From the NCBI RefSeq assembly GCF_001194135.2, contig NC_068987.1, positions 12,629,900-12,693,899 of the forward strand: 64,000 nt of DNA. The letters run 5' to 3'. This document shows positions 14,501 to 26,110 of this stretch, one piece after another (position 1 is the first letter of the stretch; each line of letters opens with the position of its first letter). The position numbers and the translations under genes were made by a program. The notes under the pieces were generated by a model that was not told the DNA's origin, did no database searches, and saw nothing but the letters and a program-made list of their open reading frames with translations. Source of the DNA: Octopus bimaculoides. Lineage: Eukaryota.

Positions 14501-15051
14501 TGATAATCTCTTGCAATTCAATCAAGTCACTCCTGCTATTTCTTGCTGAACAACCAGCATAAATGATTTGTTTATAGTGATCTAATGTTAATGTTGTACA
14601 TTAGCTCACTCACTCCATCAAAATTGACATTATCTGAAAATGTACATAGTCTACCACACATAGTATCTGAACAGGTACATAGCGTACCACACATCTGAAC
14701 AGGTACACAGTGTACCACACATCAAGTGTCAAAATGATTGGAGAGCAATGTGAGATGAAGCGTTTCGCTCAAGAAACTAAAATCATAATCTAGTGATTGT
14801 AAGTGCTATGCACTCTTACATATCTATATATATACGTGTGGGTACGTATGTATGCATGCATACAGCAATAATAATTTTAGATACAGAGAATTTATAAATA
14901 TAGAGATAAACCTCAGTGCAGATAATGCTAACCTTCTCTTTTTAATATTTAGCCCGCAGTTATCAGATGAACTACTGCGGTCAATATGATTTAGTTGATA
15001 AACCTTTTGAAAACTAGGTTTCAGTCCAATGTCTGAAACTTAGAAAACATT

Positions 15052-15298
15052 CATTATTTACAATTGACGGATATTTGTCCTCATCTTGTTTGTTGTTAAC
15101 ACTATGTTTCAGCTGATATACCCTCCAGCCTTCATCAGGTGTCTTGAGGAAATTTTGAACCTGGGTTCTCATTCCTAAGGTATTTTTCGATGTTGTTATT
15201 ATTATTATTATTATTCAGGTCACTGCCTGGAATCGAACTTGGAATCTTGGAGTTAGTAGCCCGTGCTCTTAACCACTATGCCATATGCCCATGGGCTT
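15052..15298 (-). mobile_element. Second, inverted copy of the same tRNA-headed hammerhead element
   Basis: Reverse complement of 15305-15601 along its whole length. It differs by scattered substitutions, a shorter (AAT)n tract and a short indel. Confidence 0.75.
15098..15143 (-). ncRNA. Minimal hammerhead ribozyme motif, variant copy
   Basis: GACAC-CUGAUGA-A-GGCUG(gagggtatat)CAGCU-GAAA-CAUA-GUGUU. The core is intact but the stem III palindrome is broken (ACGU to ACAU). Confidence 0.55.
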
Positions 15299-15304
15299 TT
15301 TTTC

Positions 15305-15396
15305 AAGCCCACGGGCATATGGCGTAGTGGTTAAGAGTGCGGGCTATTTACCCCAAGATTCTGAGTTCGACTCCAGGTAGTGACTTGAATAATAAT

Positions 15397-15435
<39 letters not shown>

Positions 15436-15601
15436 TAATAATAATAATAACAACATCGAAAAATACCTTAGGAATGAGAACCCAGGTTCGAAATTCAAAA
15501 TTTCCTCAAGACACCTGATGAAGGCTAGAGGGTATATCAGCCGAAACGTTGTGTTAACAACAAACAAGATGAGGACAAATATCTGTCAAATGTAAATAAT
15601 G
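15305..15601 (+). mobile_element. tRNA-headed SINE-like element with (AAT)n spacer and Penelope-like hammerhead-bearing tail
   Basis: A box TGGCGTAGTGG at 15320-15330 and B box GAGTTCGACTCC at 15363-15374, followed by (AAT)n and a hammerhead motif at 15510-15555. Confidence 0.75.
15510..15555 (+). ncRNA. Minimal type I hammerhead ribozyme motif (Penelope-like element type)
   Basis: GACAC-CUGAUGA-A-GGCU(agagggtatatc)AGCC-GAAA-CGUU-GUGUU. Stem I is GACAC/GUGUU, stem II is GGCU/AGCC, stem III is the palindromic ACGU, and the cleavage triplet is GUU. Confidence 0.7.
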
Positions 15602-18495
15602 CAAATAATGTACACAATTCCTCATCTCTTAAATACAGAACTGTGTTAGAAAATGTTTTAAGGAAGTGTTATTTCTGATAACTGCATGTCAAAAACATTG
15701 TAACAGAAAATGTTTCATATACCACAGAAAGTATATTACAGATATTACAGATTGTTCTTGGAAATATATGCCAGAATAATAAAATAAGGAGTGAAGTTAA
15801 AGAACATTCTTTACTTTAAAGAACTCTGCAATATTTGCCAAGTATTTCTTGATTTAATGTTCTTAGTTTTAAAATGATCAAAGTAATATCTCGTGTAATG
15901 ATATTGTATGATGCATGCATGGAAATAGTATAGGTGTGACAGAAACTAGAAGAATCAAATGGAGTCACTCATAAGAGTTATAAACCAGGAAACATTTGAG
16001 AGGTGTCTTTGAAATTGTAGAGTGCAAACTATGTGAAGTAGAACTCAGAACCGTTAGTGGTTAGAAGTCAAATAATAGGTGGCTAACAGAACAGTTGGAC
16101 TAAACTAAATTGTCTAAACTAAGAGTACTGACCTCCACAAAAGAAGCTATCAAATATATGAACTAATGGACTGAAACATGTATGCATATCTCTCTTTATA
16201 TCTAATTTATTCTTTGCTTTCCTCAAAGCAACATGCACTTCTCATTAAGAGTAATGATTAAGAAAGAATAAAGATTAAGAAATATATAGTAAAACTCTAC
16301 ACTTATATAACTGTGATATTTTGTACTACAAGAGTTAGCAGAATTGGTGAAGTGCTGGGCAAAATGCATTGCAGTATTTTGTTTCCATGCTCTACACTCC
16401 AAGCTTAAATCTTTTATCAGTCAGGATTCAACTGAATTGATTATACCTCTTCCCCTGAAAGAAATTAACATAAACTACTACAATTTTAGTATTTCTCACC
16501 ACTTATACATATTGTGTCACTTGTAATTGTGTTTTACAGAACCATAAATTTACTGAAAATATTCTGAGAAAGATAACAGCCTCATAGTCTAACCACCTAG
16601 AAGTAGTTGAGACATAATTAAATTGCTGAATCTTTAATTTTAATCATTTCATATCTTTTGTGTTTAATGTTTTCAGAAAATATTTTTCTTATTGCTGAAG
16701 TGTAAAACTGGTCTTAGAAATAAAACAACTAACTTTTGGAAATCCTTTTAACTTTAAATAAAGAAACATAAAATATAAATAACGAAGTTATTTGGTTTAA
16801 GAAAATATCTACATGTGAGAAAATACAATAATAGCATTTGAAGATAGATTCCCTGTGTTCTTTAAACTATTATTGGATTATTTGCAACCTAACACTTAAC
16901 ATTAATTAAAATGAATGAACATACTTTTTATCAATGTAATATGTAACCAAAAGGGTGAAATAAATAATTCTAAAAAGGTAAAATTATATATTCAACCATT
17001 GATTAACAAAAACTTAAAGTTAGTTCCTGTGGTGCAATTCTATTAACATTAAATAATTGAATTCAAGAAATAATTAAGTCTTAAAAAACTCAAAACTGTA
17101 GTTACAACTAACTGAACAAAAACTTATATACAATGACACATGGATTTGACATAAATATAACAAAAGCATGGAATAATTAGGATGGGTGGGAATGCGCGAA
17201 CAAACACCGCTGGCAACTTTGAAAGTACAATTCTGAAATTTTTTCAAGGAATTTTCCTTTGAAGTATATGAAGTGGGGTACTTTCAGAGTTTGATTAGCG
17301 CAAAAGAAAAAAATAAATAAATAAATAAATAATCAAATAATAAACAGATGCGTGCATTTTCAAATTATATTAGGAAATATAATGGAGTCATATGAAAAGG
17401 ATTGTCATTGCAACTATCAAAAGACATATAACAAATTTTAGTTACTTAATGTGGAATATATATATATCTGCTTGAGCATGTATGAGATGTTTTGGTACAG
17501 CTGTTTTGGACATTGCTGATTTGATGCAGACTTAACATCAGACATTTTGATGCTTTTTTTCGCCCCCCAGTTTAATGTTTCTCTCATTCTCTCACACATT
17601 CTTTCTCTTCCCTTCTCTTTTTTTATGTGGGTGAGCATATTTCACTGTGTACAAGGAGAGGGAAGCTGTTTTAATAAACAATAATGTCTTTCTCACTCTT
17701 TCTATCTGTATGCATATATTTCTGCATGCATGTGCACATATGTGCGTGTATGTCTGCCTCTAGTGCCAAAAAGTACTGTTGCCAAAACAGGCTCAATGTC
17801 CAGTTAACCACACCAAATCATCAGTATCCAACCAGCTGTGCCCACTTGTCTCATTCCAATATTTCTACTGCTGTGTTTAATATGAAATGAAGGTATGTGA
17901 ATAGCCAATTAAATTTAAAGCAAATTTTCTTAACTTGTTGTCTGTTGATAGTAGCACAAACATAACAAGAAATAATAAAATCAGGGAATGAAAGCAATAA
18001 AAAAAAAAAACAAGTCGGTTGGAAATCAGTTATATGTATTCTGTGAACCAGTATCTGCATAGAATTCATATTATCCTGCCAGACACATTGGAATTAATAT
18101 ATGCAAGTATTTGAAATGATTAGTTGATTATTTCTGTGTAGTCGATCTCTGCTTCTACTGTAGGTAAATGTAATTATTGTTGGCAGTCATTTTTCTCCCT
18201 TTCTACAACAATATGTATTATTTTAAAGACAAAATAATCCCCATAAAACTGAAAATGGAATTAGCTTGTATTTATGTAAGAAGTTTAAATAATATGAAAA
18301 TACCATCAGACAACAGCTGAAATTTTACACAGTACTCCATAATGACAGTGTATTAAATGATATCAATTATGATTTTATTTTAAGATGTCGCTCAAATGTA
18401 TTTTATGTTTTCCAAAAATTATGATAATTTTCTTTTAATATATAAAACCCTATTTAAATTTATGTATTTGCTTAGAAATAATTAGGTTTACTTAC

Positions 18496-18511
18496 CTTTG
18501 GGAGCAGCTTT
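18496..18511 (-). CDS. unc-22: Twitchin 16-nt micro-exon (KAAPK)
   Basis: tctttttactaatttccag|AAAGCTGCTCCCAAAG|gtaagta; phase 0 to 1. It bridges the E/K exon to the phase-1 exon at 12235. Confidence 0.75.
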
Positions 18512-18684
18512 CTGGAAATTAGTAAAAAGATGAACTGTCATTAGACTGAAGCATAAAATTTATAAACACTAACATAAGCTTTCAAAGCAAGCTCAAAGAG
18601 AACATGATATACATACATACATACATATATATACACACATACACACTCATATATACATACATACATATAAAACTGAACAATGAC

Positions 18685-18998
<314 letters not shown>

Positions 18999-19336
18999 CA
19001 TATATATATATATATAATAATGGTATATTTTATATAAGCCTAAAGCTTATGGCGATCACCATGCAATGATTAAGAAAAATAGTCTAATAAAGGGGCATAT
19101 AAGCCCTCGACAGAATAAAGAAGGCTTTCCTATCCGCATGAGAGTTGAAGCCATATCCCTTTGTTAACAGGACCAAGTGTGTGTTACCTTTATATGCCCC
19201 TTTCTTTTAGACTATTTCCCTTGGTCATTGCACAGTGATCATCATAAGCTTTAAGCTTATATAAAAGAGTACCATTACTGCTATTTACAGGATTGTAAAT
19301 CACAGTACCATAATAAAAAAACCAATTGCACCGAAA

Positions 19337-19392
<56 letters not shown>

Positions 19393-19479
19393 TCATCATC
19401 ATCATCATCGTTTAACGTCCACTTTCCCTGCTAGCATGGGTTGAACGATTTGACTGAGGACTGGTGAAACCCGATGGCT

Positions 19480-19540
<61 letters not shown>

Positions 19541-19679
19541 CACACACATACACATACATACATACATACATACATACATGCATATATAATATACTCATTT
19601 GTGTAGATGTGTATATATATATGTGTGAATATATGTACACGTCTATATACAAATGTAAATAATTAACAAATTAACATAC

Positions 19680-20059
19680 TTCTTTCTTCTTCTTCTCTTC
19701 TTCCTCTTTCTTCTTTTTCTCTTCCTCTTCCTTTTTCTTTTTCTCTTCCTCTTCCTTTTTCTTCTTCTCTTCCTCTTCCTTTTTCTTCTTCTCTTCCTCT
19801 TCCTTTTTCTTTTTCTCATCATCCTCTTTCTTCTTTTTGTCATCAGTCTCCTTCTTCTTTTTATCCTCTTCTGCTTTCTTCTTTTCCTCTTCCTGTTTTT
19901 TCAATTCCAATTTCTTTTTCTCCTCTTCCTTTTTCTTGTCGTCTTCTTTCTTTTTCTTTTCTTTCTCTTCCATCTCTAATTTTTCTCTCTCCTCTTGCTT
20001 CTTTCTCTCCTCTTCCTTTCGTTGCATCTCTTCTTCTCTCTGCTTCTTCTTCTCGTCCT
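19680..20059 (-). CDS. unc-22: Twitchin exon, E/K-rich single-alpha-helix-like segment ending in (KKKKEEEE)x5
   Basis: atttattacag|AG GAC acceptor and GAA|gtatgt donor; 380 nt, phase 1 to 0; in frame with both neighbours. The 3' half is a 24-bp coding tandem repeat. Confidence 0.9.
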
Positions 20060-20099
20060 CTGTAATAAATATATAACATATTTTAGAATGCTGTATACA

Positions 20100-20900
20100 A
20101 GAACTTCAGCCATTTGACTGTGGCCATGCGGGAGCACCGCCTTTAATCAAACAAATCGACCCCAGGACTTATTCTTTGTAAGCCTAGTACTTATTCTATC
20201 GGTCTCATTTACCAAACTGCCAAGTTACAGGGACACAAACACACCAACATCGGCTGTCAAGCGATGGTGGAGGTACAAACACAGACACACAAACATACAA
20301 ATCCACTCACAAGGTTTTGGTTGCCCCAAGGCTATAGTAGAAGACACTTGCCCAAGGTGCCATGCAGTGGGACTGAACCCAGAACCATATGGTTGGGAAG
20401 TAAGCGTCTTACCACAAAACTATTATAATTGCCAGTCAAAATTCTGTGCAGACTATTATATTCAGCTTTTTTTTATTCTTTTATTCATTTACTTATTTCA
20501 GTCATTTAACTGCAGCCATGCTGGAGCACCACCTTGAGGGATTTTAGTTGAACAAATCAACTCCGGCACTTATTTTTTGTAAGCCTAGTATTTATTCTAT
20601 CAGCTCCTTTTGATGAACTGCTAAGTTATAGGGACATAAACACAACAACACCGGTTGTCAAGCGGTAATGGGAGACAAATACAGAAACAAAGACATGTAC
20701 ATAGATATATACATATATATATATAAATATATATATGTACAACAAGCTTCTTTCAGTTTCCATCTACCAAATCCACTCACAAGGCTTTGATTGGCCCAAG
20801 GCTATAGTAGAAGACACTTGCCCAAGGTGCCATGCAGTGGGATTGAATCCAGGGCCATGTGGCTGGGAAGCAAACTTCTTACCACACAGCCACACCTGTG
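20100..20900 (-). mobile_element. Two tandem copies of SINE family AB (about 20100-20415 and 20490-20900)
   Basis: Reverse complements of the AB consensus, located in the intron immediately 5' of the E/K exon. Confidence 0.8.
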
Positions 20901-21628
20901 CCTATCTTTTTTTTTTCATTAAAATGCTCTATCTATAAATCTGCTATTTATGAATATCATATCCTAATGTTATTACTAATTCAATGGAATAATTACCTGT
21001 CATATATTGGGACATGGAGGTGTGTGGTTTAGCGGTTAGAGTGTTGGTCTCATGATTGTAAGATTGTAGTTTCAATTCCTGGACCAGACAATAGTGTGAA
21101 AGTATGTGGCTTAGTCTTTAGAGTGTTGGACTCATGATCATAAGATCGCTTCATTTCACATTACTTCAGTCCACTCAGCTGGAAAATTTGGGTAATCCTG
21201 CAATGGACTGGAGTGCCATCTAGTGGGGAATATATGTATCACTGAAACTGAGAAACTGGCCCTATGAGTCTATATAACATGCGAAGGATCTTTATCCATT
21301 TTTATCCATCCTATCCATATTGAGGCAGATTCATATCGTATACCCAAGCCTAATCCCCATTTTTTTTTTAGGAGGAGGTAGCCACAGCAAGACACACCAG
21401 GCATTCCATTCATTTCCTAGCTCAAAGGGATGAGCCCCGTTCTATGTTCGGGATAAGGTATAGAATGCAACCCCCAATATCAACAGTGGGGCCCGACAAC
21501 ATATGCTGAGGCAGAAGGTTGGGTTAAATCAATGGACTTTATCTCCAAAGAATAACCTTGCACTTTAACAATAAATAGGGCTTTTGTTTTGTTTTATTTT
21601 ATTTTTCTTAGTTAAATGATTTACTTAC

Positions 21629-21872
21629 CTTTAACAATCATATTTGCTGATCCTTTTTCAGATCCAACAGCATTCTTCAATTCAACTGTGTATACGCCAG
21701 CGTCTTTTGGTGTTACTTTGGACATATAGAATCGAGCAGTACCTCTTTCATAAGAAATATTTACAGCTGAGGAACCTTTGATTTCTTTATCATTAAAATA
21801 CCATGTGGTGGTAATTGGTTCAGTTCCTGAAACTTTAAGTGTAATATCCATAGCCTCTCCAATAGTGAATGT
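21629..21872 (-). CDS. unc-22: Twitchin exon, remainder of Ig domain F (TFTIGEAMDITLKVSGTEPITTTWYFNDKEI...DAGVYTVELKNAVGSEKGSANMIVK)
   Basis: ttctcattacag| acceptor and |gtaagt donor; 244 nt, phase 0 to 1; canonical I-set pattern. Confidence 0.93.
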
Positions 21873-22969
21873 CTGTAATGAGAATAAATGAAAATAATGT
21901 AGAGATACTTTACTTAACCTTATTGTAATATATTCTCTGATTTCATCTGTCTTTACAATCTGAGTTCAGATTTTGCCAAGGTGATTTTGCCTTTCATCCT
22001 TCTGAGGTTGATAAAATAAGTACTCGCTGATCATTGGGGCTGATGTAATTGATTTACCCTGTCCCCAAAATTACTGGCCTTCTACCAAAATTTGAAATCA
22101 GTATATTCTCCGAATTTTTTCATGAAAAAAGTACATCTTGTAATTGAAAACAATTCTATTTCATAAAGTTGGCTTCAGCATTAGATTATCTATTAAAGCA
22201 CTTTGTTTAGTGCTTTTACTAAAACAGAAAGTAATGACGACCTTGGCAAGTAATAGATATTTCCATTAATACTAAACATTAGTTGTTTAGTAGTCTTTAT
22301 CACTGTGTATAGAAAGCTTTCATGAAGCCAACACTGACTATACAACTGCATTTGTATGCACAGGCCTGGGAAAACTCTTTTGAGGAAATCTTGTAGTAGC
22401 TCAGGCAGGCAAATTTCCCTTTTCCATGCTCATGTTGTTTATGCAAGGGAAGGGCCATCAACTTGGGCCACTACACTCCCCGCTGATGCTGTCACAAGTG
22501 TTGTGAGAATGCAAAGAATCAGAACAGATATGACAAAGTTTCATGTAGCACCCTCCGATATTGCCACTGACTTCATTAGTACTTTATTTCTCAACCCTGA
22601 AAAGTTGGAAGGCAAAGTTGTTGATCTCAGTGGGATTTGAACTCAAACCACAGAGTTAGAACAGACATTACAAGGCATTCTATCCAATGTTGTAATGGAT
22701 TTGACAATAAACTGGTTCTTATTTTATCAATCCTGAAAGGATGAAAGGTAAAGTCGACTTAGGTAGAATTTGAATTCAGAACATAAAGATGGACAGAATC
22801 CAACTCAGCATTTTGTCTGGCATGCTAATGATTCTGCAAGCTTGCTGCCTTAAAACATATTCAATACTAAAACATTTTCCATCTCTGGAGATGAAGAGAA
22901 TAGCTCCTCCCATAAAAATAAAAAAATACCAAAAATTTTAGTTATATTCAAATCAATATCTTGTCTTAC

Positions 22970-23031
22970 CTTTGATGTCAGCTTTGTGATGAATTTTGGA
23001 GCATCGCCCTTCACTTTAGGAGGGATCAGTT
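22970..23031 (-). CDS. unc-22: Twitchin exon, start of Ig domain F (QLIPPKVKGDAPKFITKLTSK)
   Basis: atcttttcag| acceptor and |gtaaga donor; 62 nt, phase 1 to 0; APKF A-strand motif. Confidence 0.9.
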
Positions 23032-23141
23032 CTGAAAAGATTAATAAGATAATTATTAACTGAAATATAATACTAATTAAATTAGTAATTATAATATTTG
23101 TAATATCAATACAAATTTTTCATGACAAGAGAAATACATAC

Positions 23142-23229
23142 GTGTTGATGATAATTTCATTAGCTGAACAGCTTCACCGAATGGTGTTTGAATTACACAT
23201 TTATAAGGACCAGCATCTTTTGTGGTAAC
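23142..23229 (-). CDS. unc-22: Twitchin exon, Ig domain E part 2 (VTTKDAGPYKCVIQTPFGEAVQLMKLSST)
   Basis: tttacctccag| acceptor and |gtatgt donor; 88 nt, phase 0 to 1; DAGxYKC motif. Confidence 0.92.
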
Positions 23230-23557
23230 CTGGAGGTAAAAGAAGTTTGAAAATATATTGAAGCTTTTGAATTTGTTTTTTTGTTTTTTTAATGTCACTC
23301 AAGTGTTTAAGAATTCTTGGCAAATTTTACTTTTTAATCAAATTACAAGTCATAGAAGTCATTTATTTTTCACTTAGATTTGCTTTTAATTTTAACTGAC
23401 TGAGAATATACAACACGTATAGATTTTTCCTTGTGTTCCTAGAGATAAATAGTTCAATGAGATTGATACAGTAAATGCACAATTATGAAGTCTTGCTTTC
23501 AGCCCCTTTCAGTATCATGTCAGTGAATTTCTTTTACCATAACCTTAGCATTGTGAA

Positions 23558-23612
23558 CAGGGCCAGATTAAGATCCATAGAGGCCCCAAGCACTTAAAAG
23601 ATTTTGGTACCC

Positions 23613-23649
<37 letters not shown>

Positions 23650-24134
23650 GTGATGGTGTGACAAAGCAGACTATCAGATGTTGATGCACATCACTGATCA
23701 CAATGTGCTTTGCATTGTTTTAACCTTTGACACCACTCTGTTGGCTAAGCAAGCAGCCTAACATTCCTCACTGATCGAAGGGGGACTGGAGCAATGTGAA
23801 ATGAAGTGTTTTTGGTCAAGAACACAACGTGCCACCTGGTCTGGGAATTGAACCCATGATCTAGCAATCATGACTGCAACAGCCTAACCACTAGGCCACA
23901 TGCCCTCACACACACAATTATATCTATATAATTCAATGTATAAACAATAACAAACCTTAAAATAAATTTTATTTTTCAAAACGAAACAAAACTAAGAGTA
24001 AGATGGAAAATACTGTTTATTTTTGTAAACTTCCATTTTATTTATATTTGAAAAGTTTTCTCCAACTGTGGTGCCTTTCTTCCCTCGATGCTTTAGGCAT
24101 GTGCTTATTTTGCTTAACCCTTAATCCCACATCG
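23558..24134. mobile_element. Probable old non-autonomous DNA transposon hosting a (TA)n tract and a SINE insertion
   Basis: Starts CAGGGCCAGATTAAG and ends at a degenerate CTTAATCCC, with GGCCCC/TTTAGGCA internal motifs. The right TIR is poor. Confidence 0.35.
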
Positions 24135-25376
24135 ATTGTGAGTAACACGAAGTATGCAGAAACTGCATAAAATCTGAGAAAAGGGATGGTGCTTGTAATT
24201 TCAAAGGATCTGCCCTGTATTACATTGAATTACACTGATTCAGTCATAGGATTACATTAAAGATTACAAGAGGCTGTGGAATACTCAGCCAGTATAATAT
24301 AAAGAGAAATTAGTTCCATTGATTGAACAACTAGAACACACAGCATTGAAGCCAATGAGGGATCATCTTGGCTCTTTCATTATAAAACATATTTAGCATT
24401 CCAATGACAAAGGGTTACAAAGACAGTTATATTCAGGAGAATTCCTAGTCCAAAAACATTATGCAGGATATTAATACTTTGATTTTTAAATTGCAAGGCT
24501 CATTCATCTTGTAGGGCTATAAATATTATAACTTTGGGCGATATCTAACAGCAGTTGGATCTTTTGAGATAAGTTTCACTTCCTTGTTAGACATATAATT
24601 CTATTTCATTAGCCTATTTTGGCAGAATCATTAGAGCAAGATTGTAACTCAATTCTCAAAATATATATATTTTTTTAATGCTGTCATTCTTCCACAAAAG
24701 AAAGCAAATGTACAGAGTTACTTCCCTTGGAAATATATATTTTTAATTGTATGTGTGTGCACTTATCTATATATTGGGACATACCAATAGATGGTTATTA
24801 CACCATTCTGCATATAGTCATAGAATATGATTTAGCTTGCATCAAGCCTCGTTTGGGTACATGTAATTGATAAGTCACAAAAATGATGAAACATCTATGC
24901 CCATCACTCCTGAATGGGATCTGATGTGAGTTACCTTGCTTGTCTATGATTTCCAGGTGTTTCAACACCAGGCACATTGATGAGAGTATATTTTCTTATG
25001 CCTATGAGCACAGTCTACCAATGAACTAGCAAAACACACACTTACTTGTGCCGGTGGCATGTGAACAAAACATTGGACTGACTCCTGTGCAGGTGGCATG
25101 TAATAAAACACCATTTGAGCGTGGCCGTTGCCAATACCACCGGACTGTCCCTCGTGCTGGTGGCACATAAAAAGCACCCACTACACTCTCGGAGTGGTTG
25201 GCATTAGGAAGGGCATCCAGCTGTAGAAACTCTGCCAGATCAGATTGGAGTCTGGTGTAGCCATCTGGTTCACCAGTCTCCAGTCAAATCGTCCAACCCA
25301 TGCTAGCATGGAAAGCGGATGTTAAATGATGATGATGATGATGATGATAAAAAGTTATTAAATATTTTCTAATTAC

Positions 25377-25632
25377 CTCATCCACTTGCATGCTAGCATA
25401 GTAACTTGCATCTTTCTGTGACACATCCATCTTGTATCTCCCACCACTTTTCAAAGGAGAGTTTCCAAAAAACCATTGGGCAGTTGGTTTCTCCTTGCTA
25501 TCAACTTTCTGTTCAAATGTTACTCGTTTTTTATCCAGTTCAACTTTAGTTGTGGCTTTATCTGTTAACGTTATTGTCTTTTTCTCTTTATCTTTTTCTG
25601 CATCTTTTTCTGCATCTTTGTCCTTTTGTTGG
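25377..25632 (-). CDS. unc-22: Twitchin exon, charged linker plus divergent Ig domain E part 1 (QQKDKDAEKDAEKDKEKKTITLTDKATTKVELDKKRVTFEQKVDSKEKPTAQWFFG...YYASMQVDE)
   Basis: aattctttggcag| acceptor and |gtaatt donor; 256 nt, phase 2 to 0. The frame is open, with Ig core Trp and RYKM motifs. Confidence 0.92.
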
Positions 25633-25724
25633 CTGCCAAAGAATTAAATAGAATTGAAGAATATTATATTTTCTAATTATCAAGTGCATCATTTTTAAAA
25701 CAACTTTGACAATGGTGAAGTTTT

Positions 25725-25875
25725 GGCATGGCTATGTGGTAAGAAGCTTGCTCCCCAACCACATGGTTCTGGGTTCAGTCCCACTGCATGGCACCTTCAG
25801 CAAGTGTCTTCTACTGTAGCCTCGGGCTGACCAAAGCCTTGTGAGTGGATTTGATAGATGTAACCCGAAAGAAAC

Positions 25876-25927
<52 letters not shown>

Positions 25928-26110
25928 ATGTGTGTCTTTGTATCTGTGTTTGTCCCCCACCAGCACTTGACAACCAGTGTTGGTGTGTTTGCATCCCCAT
26001 TACTTAGCAGTTCAGTAAAAGATATTGTTAGAATAAGTACTAAGCTTTGAAAAATTAAATACTGGGGTTGGTTCATTCCACTAAAAAATTCTTCAGGGTG
26101 GTGCCCCTGC
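25725..26110 (+). mobile_element. Composite SINE: tRNA/CORE-like head, internal (TA)n(TG)n, conserved tail (family AB here)
   Basis: GCTxTGTGGTAAGAAGCTTGCT...GGTTCAGTCCCACTG..GGCACCTT..GCAAGTGTCTT head, then a microsatellite, then a TGTGTTTGTCCCCCACC..CTTGACAACC..AGAATAAGTACTA tail. Confidence 0.8.

Noticed and set aside
15305-15390. tRNA-like sequence here and at other SINE heads
   Set aside because: A and B boxes are present but there is no acceptor-stem closure, and the sequence runs into SINE bodies. These are not tRNA genes.
19643-20079. Overlapping RK-rich, S/F-rich and R/G-rich ORFs
   Set aside because: They are alternative frames or the antisense strand of the E/K exon; only the E/K frame is splice-compatible.
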